Shown: one piece after another, positions 10,246 through 19,913 of the stretch
Numbering within the stretch: position 1 is the stretch's first letter
Layout: every line of letters starts with the position of its first letter
From: an uncultured Hyphomicrobiales bacterium
GTDB taxonomy: Bacteria; Pseudomonadota; Alphaproteobacteria; Rhizobiales; CAZSNL01
NCBI GenBank assembly: GCA_964608275.1
Contig: CAZSNL010000001.1
Location: 9,088-73,087, forward strand
DNA: 64,000 nt
Direction of reading: 5' to 3'
The notes under the pieces: model-generated
The model's input: the letters and a program-made list of their open reading frames with translations, nothing else
Database searches by the model: none
Told to the model about the DNA's origin: nothing
Program-made: the position numbers and the translations under genes

Positions 10246-11565
10246 ATGCTCAACCGCCGTACGATGCTGCGGATGGCGGGGGCCCTGCCCGTGGCGGGGA
10301 CCGTCTTCGCATCCATGATCGGCAAGTCGGAGGCAGCCTGGCTCGAGACGCCGACCGGAAGCGAACCGGCCGGCGATCCGATTTCCGTCGGCTTCCTTGC
10401 CGCACTGTCGGGCCCTGACGCCGGCTGGGGTCTGCCCGGACTGACCGGCAACCAGATGTTCATCGACGAGGTGAACAAGCAGGGAGGCCTGCTGGTCGGC
10501 GGCAAGCGTCACGAGCTGACGATGCACGCGTTCGACGACGAGGCGGTGGGCAGCAAGGCGCTGCAGGGCGCAAGGCAGCTCGTGCTGCAGCACGACGTCA
10601 AGTACATCAGCGCCATCGGCGGCAACCCGGCCGACGCCACGCACCCGTTCCTGACCAAGCACAAGGTCATGTACGGGAGCCTGATCTCGACCGACATCAA
10701 GCCGGACCGGCCGTACCTGATCGCCGGCGGGGACGTGACGCCGCGGATCGAGATGCTGCGGCCGCTGTACCACAAGATCACCAATCCGACGCTGACGCGG
10801 TGGGCGGTCTGCTCGCAGGACGACACCATCGGCCAGACCTGCCAGGCATGGGAGGTCGGCGCCGCGATGGCCGAGGGCTGGGACATCGTCTACGACGAGC
10901 ACTATGCGATCGAGACCACCGACTTCGCGCCGATCGTCACCGCGATCCTTGCCACCAATCCCGACGTGGTGAGCCTCAACCTGTCGTACCCGACGTTCGT
11001 CGCGCTGATCATCGAGCAGCTCTACCTGCAGGGCTTCAAGGGCAGGATCTCGGCCAACTACATCGACACCGAATCAGTGCTGCAGAAGGTGCCGGCGGAG
11101 TTCCTCGAGGGGGCGGTGGACAGCTTCCCGCTGTTCGACGACCCGTGGTGGGGCGAGCCGTCGTTCCAGGCGCAGTTCTACGAGGAATGGCTCGGCCGCT
11201 ACGGCCCCGGCGCGCCCGAGGACGTGCACCGCAACATCACCGGCATCGACTGGGACCATGTGATCCTGCTCAGGGTGTGGGCGCAGGGCGCGCAGATGGC
11301 GGGTACGTTCGATCCGGACGCGATCCTGGAGAGCCTGCGGGCGGCGCCGCAGATCCCGACCATCCTCGGCCCCGCCATCATGAGCGGCAAGGACATGTGG
11401 GGTCTCGACAACATGATCTCGCCGCCGATCCCGATCAACGAGGTGCGCCAGGGCACCAAGCGCATCCAAGCGCAGATCCGGTTCGACCAGTGGTTCGAGG
11501 CGCGCAAGGAGAAGATCATCGAGGTGGTTCGCGCCAGAGGCCAGATGTGGGACCAGCGCAGCTGA
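10246..11565 (+). CDS. ABC transporter substrate-binding protein (Liv/branched-chain amino acid-type periplasmic binding fold)
   Basis: ATG at 10246 with GGAGG 7 nt upstream. Tat-like signal MLNRRTMLRMAGALPVAGTVFA. It is followed by four Liv-type ABC components. Confidence 0.8.
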   Translation: MLNRRTMLRMAGALPVAGTVFASMIGKSEAAWLETPTGSEPAGDPISVGFLAALSGPDAGWGLPGLTGNQMFIDEVNKQGGLLVGGKRHELTMHAFDDEAVGSKALQGARQLVLQHDVKYISAIGGNPADATHPFLTKHKVMYGSLISTDIKPDRPYLIAGGDVTPRIEMLRPLYHKITNPTLTRWAVCSQDDTIGQTCQAWEVGAAMAEGWDIVYDEHYAIETTDFAPIVTAILATNPDVVSLNLSYPTFVALIIEQLYLQGFKGRISANYIDTESVLQKVPAEFLEGAVDSFPLFDDPWWGEPSFQAQFYEEWLGRYGPGAPEDVHRNITGIDWDHVILLRVWAQGAQMAGTFDPDAILESLRAAPQIPTILGPAIMSGKDMWGLDNMISPPIPINEVRQGTKRIQAQIRFDQWFEARKEKIIEVVRARGQMWDQRS

Positions 11566-11656
11566 TCCCGCGACCGGGCGGGCCGCGGACGTGGGACCGT
11601 CCGCGGCCTGCGGCCGGCGATCCCCGAATGCGGCTCTACAGTGACGGACCTGGCTG

Positions 11657-12526
11657 ATGGACGCGGGCACCCTCCTGCAGACGGTTGCGAACGCGGTGGT
11701 ACTGGGCTCGATCTACGCCACCGTGGCGGTGGGCCTCGCACTCGCCTTCGGCGTCATGCAGATGGCGAACTTCGCCCATGGCGAGTTCTTCATGATCGGC
11801 GCCTACGTCGTCTACGTGCTCTATGCGCTGGCCGGCGTGCCGTTTCCGCTGGCGGTGGTGGCGGCGTTCCCGATCGGCGCGCTGATCGGGCTGCTGACCG
11901 AGCGGTTCATCTTCCGGCCGACCCGGGACAACGTGCTGGCCGGCTTCATGGCGACCGCCGGCCTCGCCCTCATCCTGCAGGTGCTGGTCGGCCAGACCTG
12001 GGGCGTCGGCCTGATGCGCTCGATCCCGACGCCGTACATGGGGGTCGCCGAACTCGGGCCGGTGCGGCTCGGCTGGCAGCGGCTGATCGTCATCCCGGCG
12101 GCGCTGGTGATGATGGGCGGGCTGTGGCTGTTCCTGCAGAAGACCAGGCTGGGCAAGGGCCTGCGGGCGTGCGCCCAGGACCGCGAGGCGGCGGCGCTCA
12201 ACGGCATCGGCAACAATGCGATGGCGGCGCTGGCGCTGGCGATCGCCGGCGGCTTCGCCGGCGTCTCGGGGGCGCTGATGGCGCCGATCCACGCGGTGAC
12301 GCCGTACATGGGCCACGCCATCATCGTCACCGCGTTCGTCGTCGTCATCGTCGGCGGCATGGCGAGCATCGAGGGGGCGGTCGCCGCCGCCTTCCTGCTC
12401 GGCTTCATCCACACGTTCGTGACGACAACGGTCGACGCGGTGGTGGCGACCATGGTCGGCGTCGCGTTCATGGCCATCGTGCTGGTGGTGCGCCCGTCCG
12501 GCCTGCTGGGGCGGATCAGGGAATGA
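11657..12526 (+). CDS. branched-chain amino acid ABC transporter permease (LivH family)
   Basis: MDAGTLLQTVANAVVLGSIYATVAVGLALAFGVMQMANFAHGEFFMIGAY is the LivH-type N-terminus. The protein is hydrophobic throughout. Confidence 0.85.
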   Translation: MDAGTLLQTVANAVVLGSIYATVAVGLALAFGVMQMANFAHGEFFMIGAYVVYVLYALAGVPFPLAVVAAFPIGALIGLLTERFIFRPTRDNVLAGFMATAGLALILQVLVGQTWGVGLMRSIPTPYMGVAELGPVRLGWQRLIVIPAALVMMGGLWLFLQKTRLGKGLRACAQDREAAALNGIGNNAMAALALAIAGGFAGVSGALMAPIHAVTPYMGHAIIVTAFVVVIVGGMASIEGAVAAAFLLGFIHTFVTTTVDAVVATMVGVAFMAIVLVVRPSGLLGRIRE

Positions 12527-12542
12527 TCCCGGGCGGGGCGCC

Positions 12543-13499
12543 ATGATGTACGGGTTGCTCGCCGCCGTGGCCGTGCTGGCGATCGTCGCGCCGTGGCTGG
12601 TCGGCGAGTACCACCTCGAGATCCTGATCCTGTTCCTGATCAACGCGCTGCTGGCGTCGAGCTACCGGCTGCTGACGACGACCGGCGACTGGTCGCTCGG
12701 CCACGTGGTGCTGATGGGGGTGGGCGCGTATGCCACGGCGCTGGCCGCCAAGCTGCTGGGCTGGCCGTTCTGGCTCGGGCTGCCGCTGGCCGGCATCGCG
12801 GCGGCGAGCGTCGGCGCCATGATGATCTACCCGCTGCTCAGGACGCGCGGTTTCGGCTTCTTCATCGCCTCGTTCGCCATGGGCGAGTTCGTGCGGCTGA
12901 TCTGGGTCAAGTTCCGCGAGCCCTTCGGCGGCGCCCGCGGCATGATCAACATCCCGACGCCGGAGCTGCCGGGCGTCGATTTCTTCTTCGCCACCCCGTA
13001 CTACTATCTCACGCTGTGCGTGGTGTCGGCGTCGATCTGGATGCTGTACCGGATCGATCGCGCCGCCCTCGTCGGCGACGTCATGAAGGCGATCTACATG
13101 GACGGCGACCTCGCCCGCAGCGTCGGCGTCCGGGCCCGGCACTACCGCGCGCTCGCCTTCATCACCGGCGCCTTCTTCGCCGGCATCGCCGGAGCGCTCC
13201 TGGCCCACCGGCTGGGTGCCATCGATCCGAAGATCTTCGACATCAACGCGATGGTCTACCTGGTGATCTGGGTGGTGGTCGGCGGCGTGGCGACGTTCTG
13301 GGGGCCGCTGCTGGGCCTCACGGTCATGACCGCGGTGTTCGAGCTCAGCCGGCCGCTGCTCGAGTGGCGACCGCTGCTGTTCGGCGGCATCCTCATCTTC
13401 TTCCTGATCTTCCTGCCCGGCGGGCTGGAATCGCTGGTGCTCAAGGTCCGGTCGTGGTTCGCCCTGCGACGGTCGCCGGAGCGGGTGGCGGCGGAGTAG
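12543..13499 (+). CDS. branched-chain amino acid ABC transporter permease (LivM family)
   Basis: Hydrophobic 318 aa with LGHVVLMGVGAYATA and GGARGMINIP strings typical of LivM-type permeases. Confidence 0.85.
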   Translation: MMYGLLAAVAVLAIVAPWLVGEYHLEILILFLINALLASSYRLLTTTGDWSLGHVVLMGVGAYATALAAKLLGWPFWLGLPLAGIAAASVGAMMIYPLLRTRGFGFFIASFAMGEFVRLIWVKFREPFGGARGMINIPTPELPGVDFFFATPYYYLTLCVVSASIWMLYRIDRAALVGDVMKAIYMDGDLARSVGVRARHYRALAFITGAFFAGIAGALLAHRLGAIDPKIFDINAMVYLVIWVVVGGVATFWGPLLGLTVMTAVFELSRPLLEWRPLLFGGILIFFLIFLPGGLESLVLKVRSWFALRRSPERVAAE

Positions 13500-13506
13500 G
13501 GGCGGC

Positions 13507-14271
13507 ATGCTGCTGCGGACCGAATCGCTGACCCGGAACTTCGGCGGCGTTGCCGCCGTGGACGGGCTCACGCTCGACATCGCTGCGGGCGAGATCCGCG
13601 GCCTGATCGGCCCCAACGGGGCCGGCAAGACCACCTGCTTCAACCTGATCAGCGGCATGCTGAAGCCGACCGCCGGGCGGGTCTTCTTCGACGGCTCGGA
13701 CATCACCGGCCTGGAGCCGGACCGGATTGCGGCGCGCGGTGCTGTACGGACGTTTCAGCGGACGGCGATCTTCGGCCGGTTCCCGGTGCTCCGCAATGTC
13801 ATGATTGCCCGCCACCTGCACGCGAAGCAGGGCGTGCTGCAGGCGATCTTCGGCTCGGGACGGGCGGTCGCGGAGGAGAACGAACGCGTCGCCAGGGAAA
13901 TCCTCGGCTTCGTCGGCCTCGGGCAACGGGCGGACCAACAGGCCGACACGCTGCCGTACGGCTATCAGCGGGCGCTGAACGTGGCCATCGCACTGGCCAC
14001 GGAACCGAAGCTCCTGATGCTCGACGAACCGGTCGCCGGAATGAACCCGGCCGAGACGGCGCAGATGACCGCCCTTGTGCGGCGCCTGCGCGACGAGCGC
14101 GGCGTTACCATTCTCCTCGTCGAGCACGACATGCACACGGTCATGGGCGTTTGCGACAAGGTGACGGTGCTCGACTTCGGCCGCAAGATCGCCGAGGGAT
14201 CGCCGGCGGAGGTCGCCAACGACCCCAAGGTCGTCGAGGCCTATCTCGGATCGGAGGACGCCCTTGCTTAG
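13507..14271 (+). CDS. ABC transporter ATP-binding protein (LivG family)
   Basis: Walker A GPNGAGKTT, LPYGYQRALNVAIALATEPKLLMLDEPVAGMNP, VEHDMHTVMGVCD. Confidence 0.9.
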   Translation: MLLRTESLTRNFGGVAAVDGLTLDIAAGEIRGLIGPNGAGKTTCFNLISGMLKPTAGRVFFDGSDITGLEPDRIAARGAVRTFQRTAIFGRFPVLRNVMIARHLHAKQGVLQAIFGSGRAVAEENERVAREILGFVGLGQRADQQADTLPYGYQRALNVAIALATEPKLLMLDEPVAGMNPAETAQMTALVRRLRDERGVTILLVEHDMHTVMGVCDKVTVLDFGRKIAEGSPAEVANDPKVVEAYLGSEDALA

Positions 14272-14971
14272 CGTGAGGGGACTGACGGTGAAGTACGGCG
14301 GCGTGACAGCCGTCCGCGACGCGGCCTTCACCGTCGGCGAGGGCGAGATCGTGGCCATCATCGGCACCAATGGCGCGGGCAAGACGACCGTGCTCAGGAC
14401 CATCTCGGGACTTCAGCGGCCGGCCGCGGGCGAGATCGTGTTCGACGGCAACCGGATCGAGGCAACGAGCCCCGAGCGCATCAACGGCATGGGCATCGCC
14501 CATGTGCCGGAGGGCCGGCGGCTGTTCGCCAACATGTCGGTGCTGGAAAACCTCGAGATGGGGGCGTTCCGCAGACGCAACGCACGCGAGGTCGCCGACG
14601 ACCTGGAGCGCATCTTCCATCATTTCCCGGTACTTAAGGAACGCTCGGGCCAGATGGCCGGGTCGCTCAGCGGCGGCCAGCAGCAGATGGTGGCCATCGG
14701 CCGGGCATTGATGTCGGCCCCGAAACTCCTGCTGCTCGATGAACCCACGCTCGGCCTTTCGCCGATCATGTGCCAGGAGATCGCCAAGATCGTCCGCGAA
14801 ATACACCAGAGCGGCAGGACAATCGTGCTGGTCGAGCAGAACGCCCGGCTGGCCCTGGGGCTTGCCGAGCGCGGCTATGTCATGCAGACCGGCCGCATCG
14901 CGCTCGAGGGTGCCGCGTCCGTGCTTCGTGACGACCCGGAAGTGAAGCGCAGCTATCTGGGCGTGGCCTGA
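14264..14971 (+). CDS. ABC transporter ATP-binding protein (LivF family)
   Basis: Walker A GTNGAGKTT, LSGGQQQMVAIGRALMSAPKLLLLDEPTLGLSP. The TTG start at 14264 overlaps the livG-like stop; an alternative GTG lies at 14273. Confidence 0.9.
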   Translation: MLSVRGLTVKYGGVTAVRDAAFTVGEGEIVAIIGTNGAGKTTVLRTISGLQRPAAGEIVFDGNRIEATSPERINGMGIAHVPEGRRLFANMSVLENLEMGAFRRRNAREVADDLERIFHHFPVLKERSGQMAGSLSGGQQQMVAIGRALMSAPKLLLLDEPTLGLSPIMCQEIAKIVREIHQSGRTIVLVEQNARLALGLAERGYVMQTGRIALEGAASVLRDDPEVKRSYLGVA

Positions 14972-15084
14972 CGGGTGGCAAAAAAAAGCTGCCCGACAAT
15001 GACTTGCCGAGGCAGCGAGGTCTCCATGAGAAGCCACCATTCTCCGTTACCGGCTCTGCGGTACAAGCGGGCAGACAGACGACA

Positions 15085-16695
15085 ATGACGTCCGAAGGGG
15101 TTAGTATGTCCCCCGAAAGTATCGGGGATCCTGCGCCCGAGCATTCGCGCAGCGCGGATCTGCCGCTCCCGCCGGGAATGACCATGAGCGAAGCTGCCGG
15201 TCTGTTCGAGATCCTCGCCAATTACACGTATGACTGGGAAACGTGGTTTTCGCATACCGGCGCGGTGCGCTGGATAAACCCTGCGGTCGAGCGGATGACT
15301 GCATACTCGCCGGCGGAATGTCTCGCCATGGCGGACTATCCGTTGCCGCTGATTCACGAACAGGACCGCGAGGCTTTCCGGGCGCTCCTCGCGTCGGCGC
15401 TGTCGGGCAGCAGCGGCAACGATGTCGAGTTCCGTTTCCTGCGCAAGGACGGCAGCTTCGGCTGGGGCGCCGTGTCGTGGCAGCCGGTCCGCGCCGAGGG
15501 GGTCGGATCGCTGGGCTTCCGCACCAGCATCCGCGACATCACGAAGCGCAAGAGTGCCGAAGACGCGCTCAGACTGGCAAAGGCGGAGTCGGAGAAGGCC
15601 AACCTGGACAAGAGCCGGTTCCTGGCTTCCGTGAGTCACGACCTGCGCCAGCCGCTGCAGGCAATCTCGATGTACGTGGGCGCGCTGCGCCACAGGCTCG
15701 AAGGTGAGAAGGAGCGGATGCTTCTCGATGACGTGCGGCTTTGCCTCGCCAACTGCAACGAGCTGCTCGACGACCTCGTCGACATCTCCAAGCTCGATGC
15801 CGGGGTGGTCGTCGCGCAGCCGAAGGACTTCGCCCTGGCCGATGTGTTCGAGACGATCGAGACGAGTTTCCGGTCGTCGGCGCGCGAAAAGGGGCTCGAC
15901 CTGAGGGTCGTGGCGACGAGCCTCTACGTGCACTGCGATCTCACGATGCTGACCCGTATCCTGCAGAATCTCGTCTCGAATGCGATCCGCTACACGGAGA
16001 CCGGGCGCGTGCTGGTCGGATGCCGGCGACGCGGCGACAAGGTGGCGCTCGAAGTCTGGGATACCGGCATCGGCATCAGCGAGGATCAGCTGGAGCACGT
16101 ATTCGAGGAGTTCTTCCAGATCGGCAACCCCGGCCGCGACCGCCGCCGCGGCATCGGGCTCGGCCTCGCCATTGTTCGCCGGCAGGCGCGACTGATGGGG
16201 ACCGAAGTCGCGGTCAGGTCGACACCCGGAAAGGGTTCGGTCTTCCGGGTCGAGGTCCCGCTCGCCACGTCCGTAAGCCCGGTTACCGAGACCGAGCCTG
16301 CAATCTGCCACCACAGCATTGTCGACGGGTTGAGCATCGTCGTGATCGATGACGAGCCGGTGCAACTCGACGCAATCGCGTCCTTCCTGACTATCAACCG
16401 GGCAAAGGTCATTGCGGCGGCGTCGGCAGAGGACGCGCTCCGGCATCTCGATGATCCCGGTGCGTCGAGACTGTCGGTCATCGTCGCCGACTACAGGCTC
16501 GCCGACGGCACGTCCGGGGTACAGGCGATCGCAGCCATTCGCGAACGCCTGGGCGCCAGAGTCCCGGCCATCATCATCACCGGCGATATCGAACCGCAGC
16601 GGATTGCCGATGCCGACGCAAGCGGATGCGTGCTCCTGCACAAGCCGGTGGAGCCCGCCACGCTTCTGAAATTCATAGCCGAGTGCGTCGACTGA
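15085..16695 (+). CDS. hybrid sensor histidine kinase/response regulator with N-terminal PAS domain, no obvious transmembrane segment
   Basis: PAS-like WINPAVERMTAYSPAECL...FRFLRKDGSFGW, H-box FLASVSHDLRQPL, G-boxes DTGIGI and GIGLGLAIV, and a C-terminal receiver (VVIDDEP...VIVADYRLADG...HKP). The start is uncertain (15085 or 15106). Confidence 0.85.
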   Translation: MTSEGVSMSPESIGDPAPEHSRSADLPLPPGMTMSEAAGLFEILANYTYDWETWFSHTGAVRWINPAVERMTAYSPAECLAMADYPLPLIHEQDREAFRALLASALSGSSGNDVEFRFLRKDGSFGWGAVSWQPVRAEGVGSLGFRTSIRDITKRKSAEDALRLAKAESEKANLDKSRFLASVSHDLRQPLQAISMYVGALRHRLEGEKERMLLDDVRLCLANCNELLDDLVDISKLDAGVVVAQPKDFALADVFETIETSFRSSAREKGLDLRVVATSLYVHCDLTMLTRILQNLVSNAIRYTETGRVLVGCRRRGDKVALEVWDTGIGISEDQLEHVFEEFFQIGNPGRDRRRGIGLGLAIVRRQARLMGTEVAVRSTPGKGSVFRVEVPLATSVSPVTETEPAICHHSIVDGLSIVVIDDEPVQLDAIASFLTINRAKVIAAASAEDALRHLDDPGASRLSVIVADYRLADGTSGVQAIAAIRERLGARVPAIIITGDIEPQRIADADASGCVLLHKPVEPATLLKFIAECVD

Positions 16696-16704
16696 TCGCG
16701 TGCC

Positions 16705-17379
16705 TCAGGGCGCGCGGGTGCGCAGCGGACGCGGCCAGCCGAGATCCGCGGCGATGAGGGCAGCCTGGGTTCGGTTGCTGGCGCCGAGCTTCTTCAGGAT
16801 CACCTTCACGTGCGCCTTGACCGTGCTCTCCAGCAGGCCGAGGCTACGCGCGATCTCCTTGTTGGACTGTCCCTCGACCATCAGGGCGAGGGTGTCGCGC
16901 TGGCGATTGGTGAGCTGCTTAAGCGGGTTGGTGTCGGGCAGATGCTCAAGCCCCGGCGTGTGCTCGCCGGGGCCGCTACGAATGCGCGCGACAACTTCGG
17001 ACGGCATGAAGATCTCGCCGGCGAGCACCAGTGCGATCGCGTGGCGCAAAACCGTTTCGGTCACGGATTTCGGTATGTAGCCCCGTACTCCGAGATCGAT
17101 GCATTCAAGGATCTCGTCGCAATCCACATGCGCCGACAGCATGATCACCGGCGTCGCCGGGCGGCGTGCCGCGAACCGGCGCACACCGGCGACCCCGTTC
17201 ATGCCGGGCATCGCAAGGTCGAGGAATATGATGTCGAACGGCTCGGAGGCTTCGAGGATGTCCCACGCCTGGCCGGCGTCGCCGGCGCCGACCAGTTCGG
17301 CATCGGGAAAGAGTTGCGACAGCATGAGCTTGAGCCCGCGCCGGAACAACGCATGATCGTCGGCGACGAGTATTCTCAT
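16705..17379 (-). CDS. NarL/FixJ (LuxR-type HTH) family response regulator
   Basis: Receiver MRILVADDHALFRRGL...IIFLDLAMPGMNG. C-terminal LTNRQRDTLALMVEGQSNKEIARSLGLLESTVKAHVKVILKKLGASNRTQAA. Confidence 0.9.
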   Translation of the reverse strand: MRILVADDHALFRRGLKLMLSQLFPDAELVGAGDAGQAWDILEASEPFDIIFLDLAMPGMNGVAGVRRFAARRPATPVIMLSAHVDCDEILECIDLGVRGYIPKSVTETVLRHAIALVLAGEIFMPSEVVARIRSGPGEHTPGLEHLPDTNPLKQLTNRQRDTLALMVEGQSNKEIARSLGLLESTVKAHVKVILKKLGASNRTQAALIAADLGWPRPLRTRAP

Positions 17380-17572
17380 GGTGCCCCTTCGGTGACGCGG
17401 ACGACGGCCGGAGGCCGGACGCGGGAAACCTTACTCCACAACAGGAGGAATTTCGACACCGTGACCGCGCCGGCGCAACCGCGACGAACGTGCTGGCGCA
17501 TCGGTCCGGGGAGCCCCCGCGGATGTCGCGTTGCAAGCCCCGTCCGGGCCTGGCCGGGCTACAGCATGCGGC

Positions 17573-18217
17573 TCAGCGGCGGTCGCCGGAGCGGCCGCGC
17601 ACCTTGTCCAGCGTCTTGCCTATCCTCGCCTGGGCCGCCTTCAGGTCGTCGATGTCGCCGGCCATGAAGACGCGGCCGGAAGCGCCGATCATCTGCACGT
17701 CGACCAGGGTGGCCCCGGGGGCGGCCCGTTCCGCCTCGTTGGCGGCAACCGCCGCAAACAGCGCCGGCGCCATTTCGTAGAGCAGCAGGGACTGACCCGG
17801 CAGGACCATCGAGGCCTCTCGCGACCGGTTGAGGATCACCGCATGCTGGTCGGAGATCTCCTCCACGATGTCGGTATAGAGCGTCTTCGGCTTGAGCTGG
17901 TGCTCCGGTTTGGCGCCGATGCCGGCGAGGATCGCCGTACCGGCCGCCTCCAGCCTGTCCCGGTCGGTCGAATGGAGCTCAAGGACACCGAACTGGCGCT
18001 CGGTGAACAGGATGCCGGGCTCGAGATCCGGTGCGGCCTTCAGGGCGAGGTCGACGATCCGGTGAATCGACAACGCCGGAGCCACCTCGATGATCAGGCT
18101 GTGATCGCCCTCGAAGGGAGGATAGCCACGGGCGCGCATGGGCGATGACAGATAGGCCGAGAACTGCGGTTGCAGGTCCTCGATCGGCAGATATACGCGC
18201 AGTTCGGTCATTGCCAT
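17573..18217 (-). CDS. BMC shell protein with two BMC-like domains (tandem, BMC-T class candidate)
   Basis: 214 aa. First repeat RIVDLALKAAPDLEPGILFTERQFGVLELHS. Second repeat AAVAANEAERAAPGATLVDVQMIGASGRVFMAGDIDDLKAA. It is a paralogue of ORF 19301..19912 and the last gene of the shell block. Confidence 0.75.
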   Translation of the reverse strand: MAMTELRVYLPIEDLQPQFSAYLSSPMRARGYPPFEGDHSLIIEVAPALSIHRIVDLALKAAPDLEPGILFTERQFGVLELHSTDRDRLEAAGTAILAGIGAKPEHQLKPKTLYTDIVEEISDQHAVILNRSREASMVLPGQSLLLYEMAPALFAAVAANEAERAAPGATLVDVQMIGASGRVFMAGDIDDLKAAQARIGKTLDKVRGRSGDRR

Positions 18218-18266
18218 GCAGCGTTTCCGTCAGCCGTTCCGCCGGTTCGGTCCGCGGGCGGGCCCA

Positions 18267-18548
18267 CTATTTCGAGGCGGCAGCAAAGTGCTTGCCGAGA
18301 TCGGGGTGCGGGCGCGGGATGACGTGGACGGAGACAAGTTCGCCGACCTGGTTGGCCGTTTCGGCCCCGGCTTCCGTCGCGGCCTTCACCGCACCGACAT
18401 CGCCGTTGATGATGACGGCGACGAGGCCGTCCCCGACCTGTTCCCGGCCCACGATGGTCACGTTGGCCGCCTTGACCATCGCGTCGGCCGCCGCGAGCGC
18501 GGCAACGTAGCCCTTGGTCTCGATCATTCCGATAGCATTCTGCGCCAT
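18267..18548 (-). CDS. BMC-H hexameric shell protein (PduA/EutM/CcmK-like)
   Basis: [63 protein letters not shown]...VHVIPRPH is a canonical single BMC domain. Confidence 0.9.
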   Translation of the reverse strand: MAQNAIGMIETKGYVAALAAADAMVKAANVTIVGREQVGDGLVAVIINGDVGAVKAATEAGAETANQVGELVSVHVIPRPHPDLGKHFAAASK

Positions 18549-18605
18549 TTCACTTCTCCTCGATTTGCCGCGAGTCCTCGCAGCGTTCTGGCTGGCAATA
18601 GCCGT

Positions 18606-18854
18606 TCATCGTCCGGCCGGTTCATCGATGGAGCCGACGATGAGGGCGTCGACAGGAGCCGGTGCCGGAAAATAGCTGGCCGCGACCGACCCCTGGGCGA
18701 CCAGCACGCTTTCACCGATCCCGCATCCCAGCGGGTCGAAGGCGATGAGGCGGGAACCGTTGTCCAGTTCGATTTCGAGCAACGCTCCCTGGGGCAGGCT
18801 CGAAATCCGCTTGGTCGACCAGATGCGGCCGGCAACACGTCCACGAACCATCAC
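18606..18854 (-). CDS. BMC-P pentameric vertex protein (EutN/CcmL family)
   Basis: (M)MVRGRVAGRIWSTKRISSLPQGALLEIELDNGSRLIAFDPLGCGIGESVLVAQGSVAA is the EutN/CcmL pattern. The GTG at 18854 overlaps the upstream stop (GTGA); an ATG at 18851 is an alternative. Confidence 0.85.
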   Translation of the reverse strand: MMVRGRVAGRIWSTKRISSLPQGALLEIELDNGSRLIAFDPLGCGIGESVLVAQGSVAASYFPAPAPVDALIVGSIDEPAGR

Positions 18855-19297
18855 GCGCTCCTTTCGATCTCGATACCGCGCTTGCGAGCCAGATCTCGGG
18901 CGAGCGGTGACAGCCGGACCCGCTTGCCGATCACGATCCTGCGCGTTCCCGGCGGCAGGGCGTTGATCTGCCGCTCGGCAACGAGACCGCGGTCGAAACG
19001 GGCCACCTCCGACACCGCCGCGGCCCCGGTGGTGGCGATGGGGGTGCTGAGCGTTGCGCCGCCGGAAAGGCGGAACACCCAGCGTCCCTCCTCGATCTCG
19101 CGCCGGGCCGTGCCATCGGCCGCCAGTGCCAGGATCCGGTGAACGAAGCGCATGAGATCACCGTCGGATCGCAGGGTAACCGTCTCCTCGCGGATCTGCC
19201 GGCGTGGCGTGTTCTCGCGCGGATGGTGCGCACGCAGCCGGCTCAGCTCCTCGGCGAGGATCTCACGCACCATCATCCTGATGTCGCCCGACGCCAT
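18851..19297 (-). CDS. uncharacterised BMC-locus protein with an N-terminal encapsulation-peptide-like amphipathic helix
   Basis: 148 aa wedged between shell genes: a 3-nt gap upstream and a 4-nt overlap downstream. N-terminus IRMMVREILAEELSRLRA resembles the AldDH C-terminal helix. The C-terminal string RRIVIGKRVRLSPLARDLARKRGIEIE recalls the short ...TPLARD..GI.I module seen on some BMC-associated proteins (from memory). Confidence 0.6.
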   Translation of the reverse strand: MASGDIRMMVREILAEELSRLRAHHPRENTPRRQIREETVTLRSDGDLMRFVHRILALAADGTARREIEEGRWVFRLSGGATLSTPIATTGAAAVSEVARFDRGLVAERQINALPPGTRRIVIGKRVRLSPLARDLARKRGIEIERSA

Positions 19298-19300
19298 CGG

Positions 19301-19912
19301 CTAACCCACCCCGAGTTCCTTCAGTGCGTCCTCCGCCGCGTCACGCGCATTGCGGATCTCGGCTTCGTCGCCCGAGAGATAGACGCGACCGGTCGCGCCG
19401 ATCAGGCGCAGGTCGACGACCTTGATGGTGGCTGCCTTTTCCGCCTCGTTGGCGGCTATCACCGCATACGAGGCCGGCTGCATCTCGAGTACGTAGAGCG
19501 ATTCCCCGCCGAGGATCATCGAGCCCAGCTTGTTGCGATTGATCAGGAAGGCGTGACTGTGATCGACGCGCGTGATGATCCGTGATGCGAGCACCACCGG
19601 CCGCGTTGCATCCTCTGCCCGTGCACCCAGCGCATCCAGCACGGCATCGGCCGAGGCCTTCACCGCCGCGGTCGAGCGGGAGTGAAACTCCAGGTACCCG
19701 AACTGGCGTTCGACCACCAGGATGCCGGATTTCACCTCGGCATGCTTGAGGGCGACATCCGTCAGGGCCTCGATGTCCAGCCCAGGAGCGACCTCAATGA
19801 TCTGCGCCGCCATGTTGGAGCGCGGCAGGCTGCCGCGCATCCAGGTGCCCAGATAGCACATCGTCTGCGGCTGCAGCTGATCGATGAAGATGAAGGACCT
19901 CAGCTCCGCCAT
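19301..19912 (-). CDS. BMC shell protein with two BMC-like domains (tandem, BMC-T class candidate)
   Basis: MAELRSFIFIDQLQPQTMCYLGT...IIEVAPGLDIEALTDVALKHAEVKSGILVVERQFGYLEFHS, plus a second repeat VIAANEAEKAATIKVVDLRLIGATGRVYLSGDEAEIRNA. The ATG at 19912 is 1 nt from the AldDH stop, with a GAAGGAA Shine-Dalgarno. Confidence 0.8.
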   Translation of the reverse strand: MAELRSFIFIDQLQPQTMCYLGTWMRGSLPRSNMAAQIIEVAPGLDIEALTDVALKHAEVKSGILVVERQFGYLEFHSRSTAAVKASADAVLDALGARAEDATRPVVLASRIITRVDHSHAFLINRNKLGSMILGGESLYVLEMQPASYAVIAANEAEKAATIKVVDLRLIGATGRVYLSGDEAEIRNARDAAEDALKELGVG

Positions 19913-19913
19913 G

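Noticed and set aside
14973-14994. Hairpin GGGUGGC-A8-GCUGCCC right after the livF-like stop, as an intrinsic terminator.
   Set aside because: The stem needs two G-U pairs, the loop is the A8 run itself, and no U-tract follows on the plus strand. The T8 run would follow a hairpin only on the minus strand, where no gene is upstream. It may still be a minor RNA structure.
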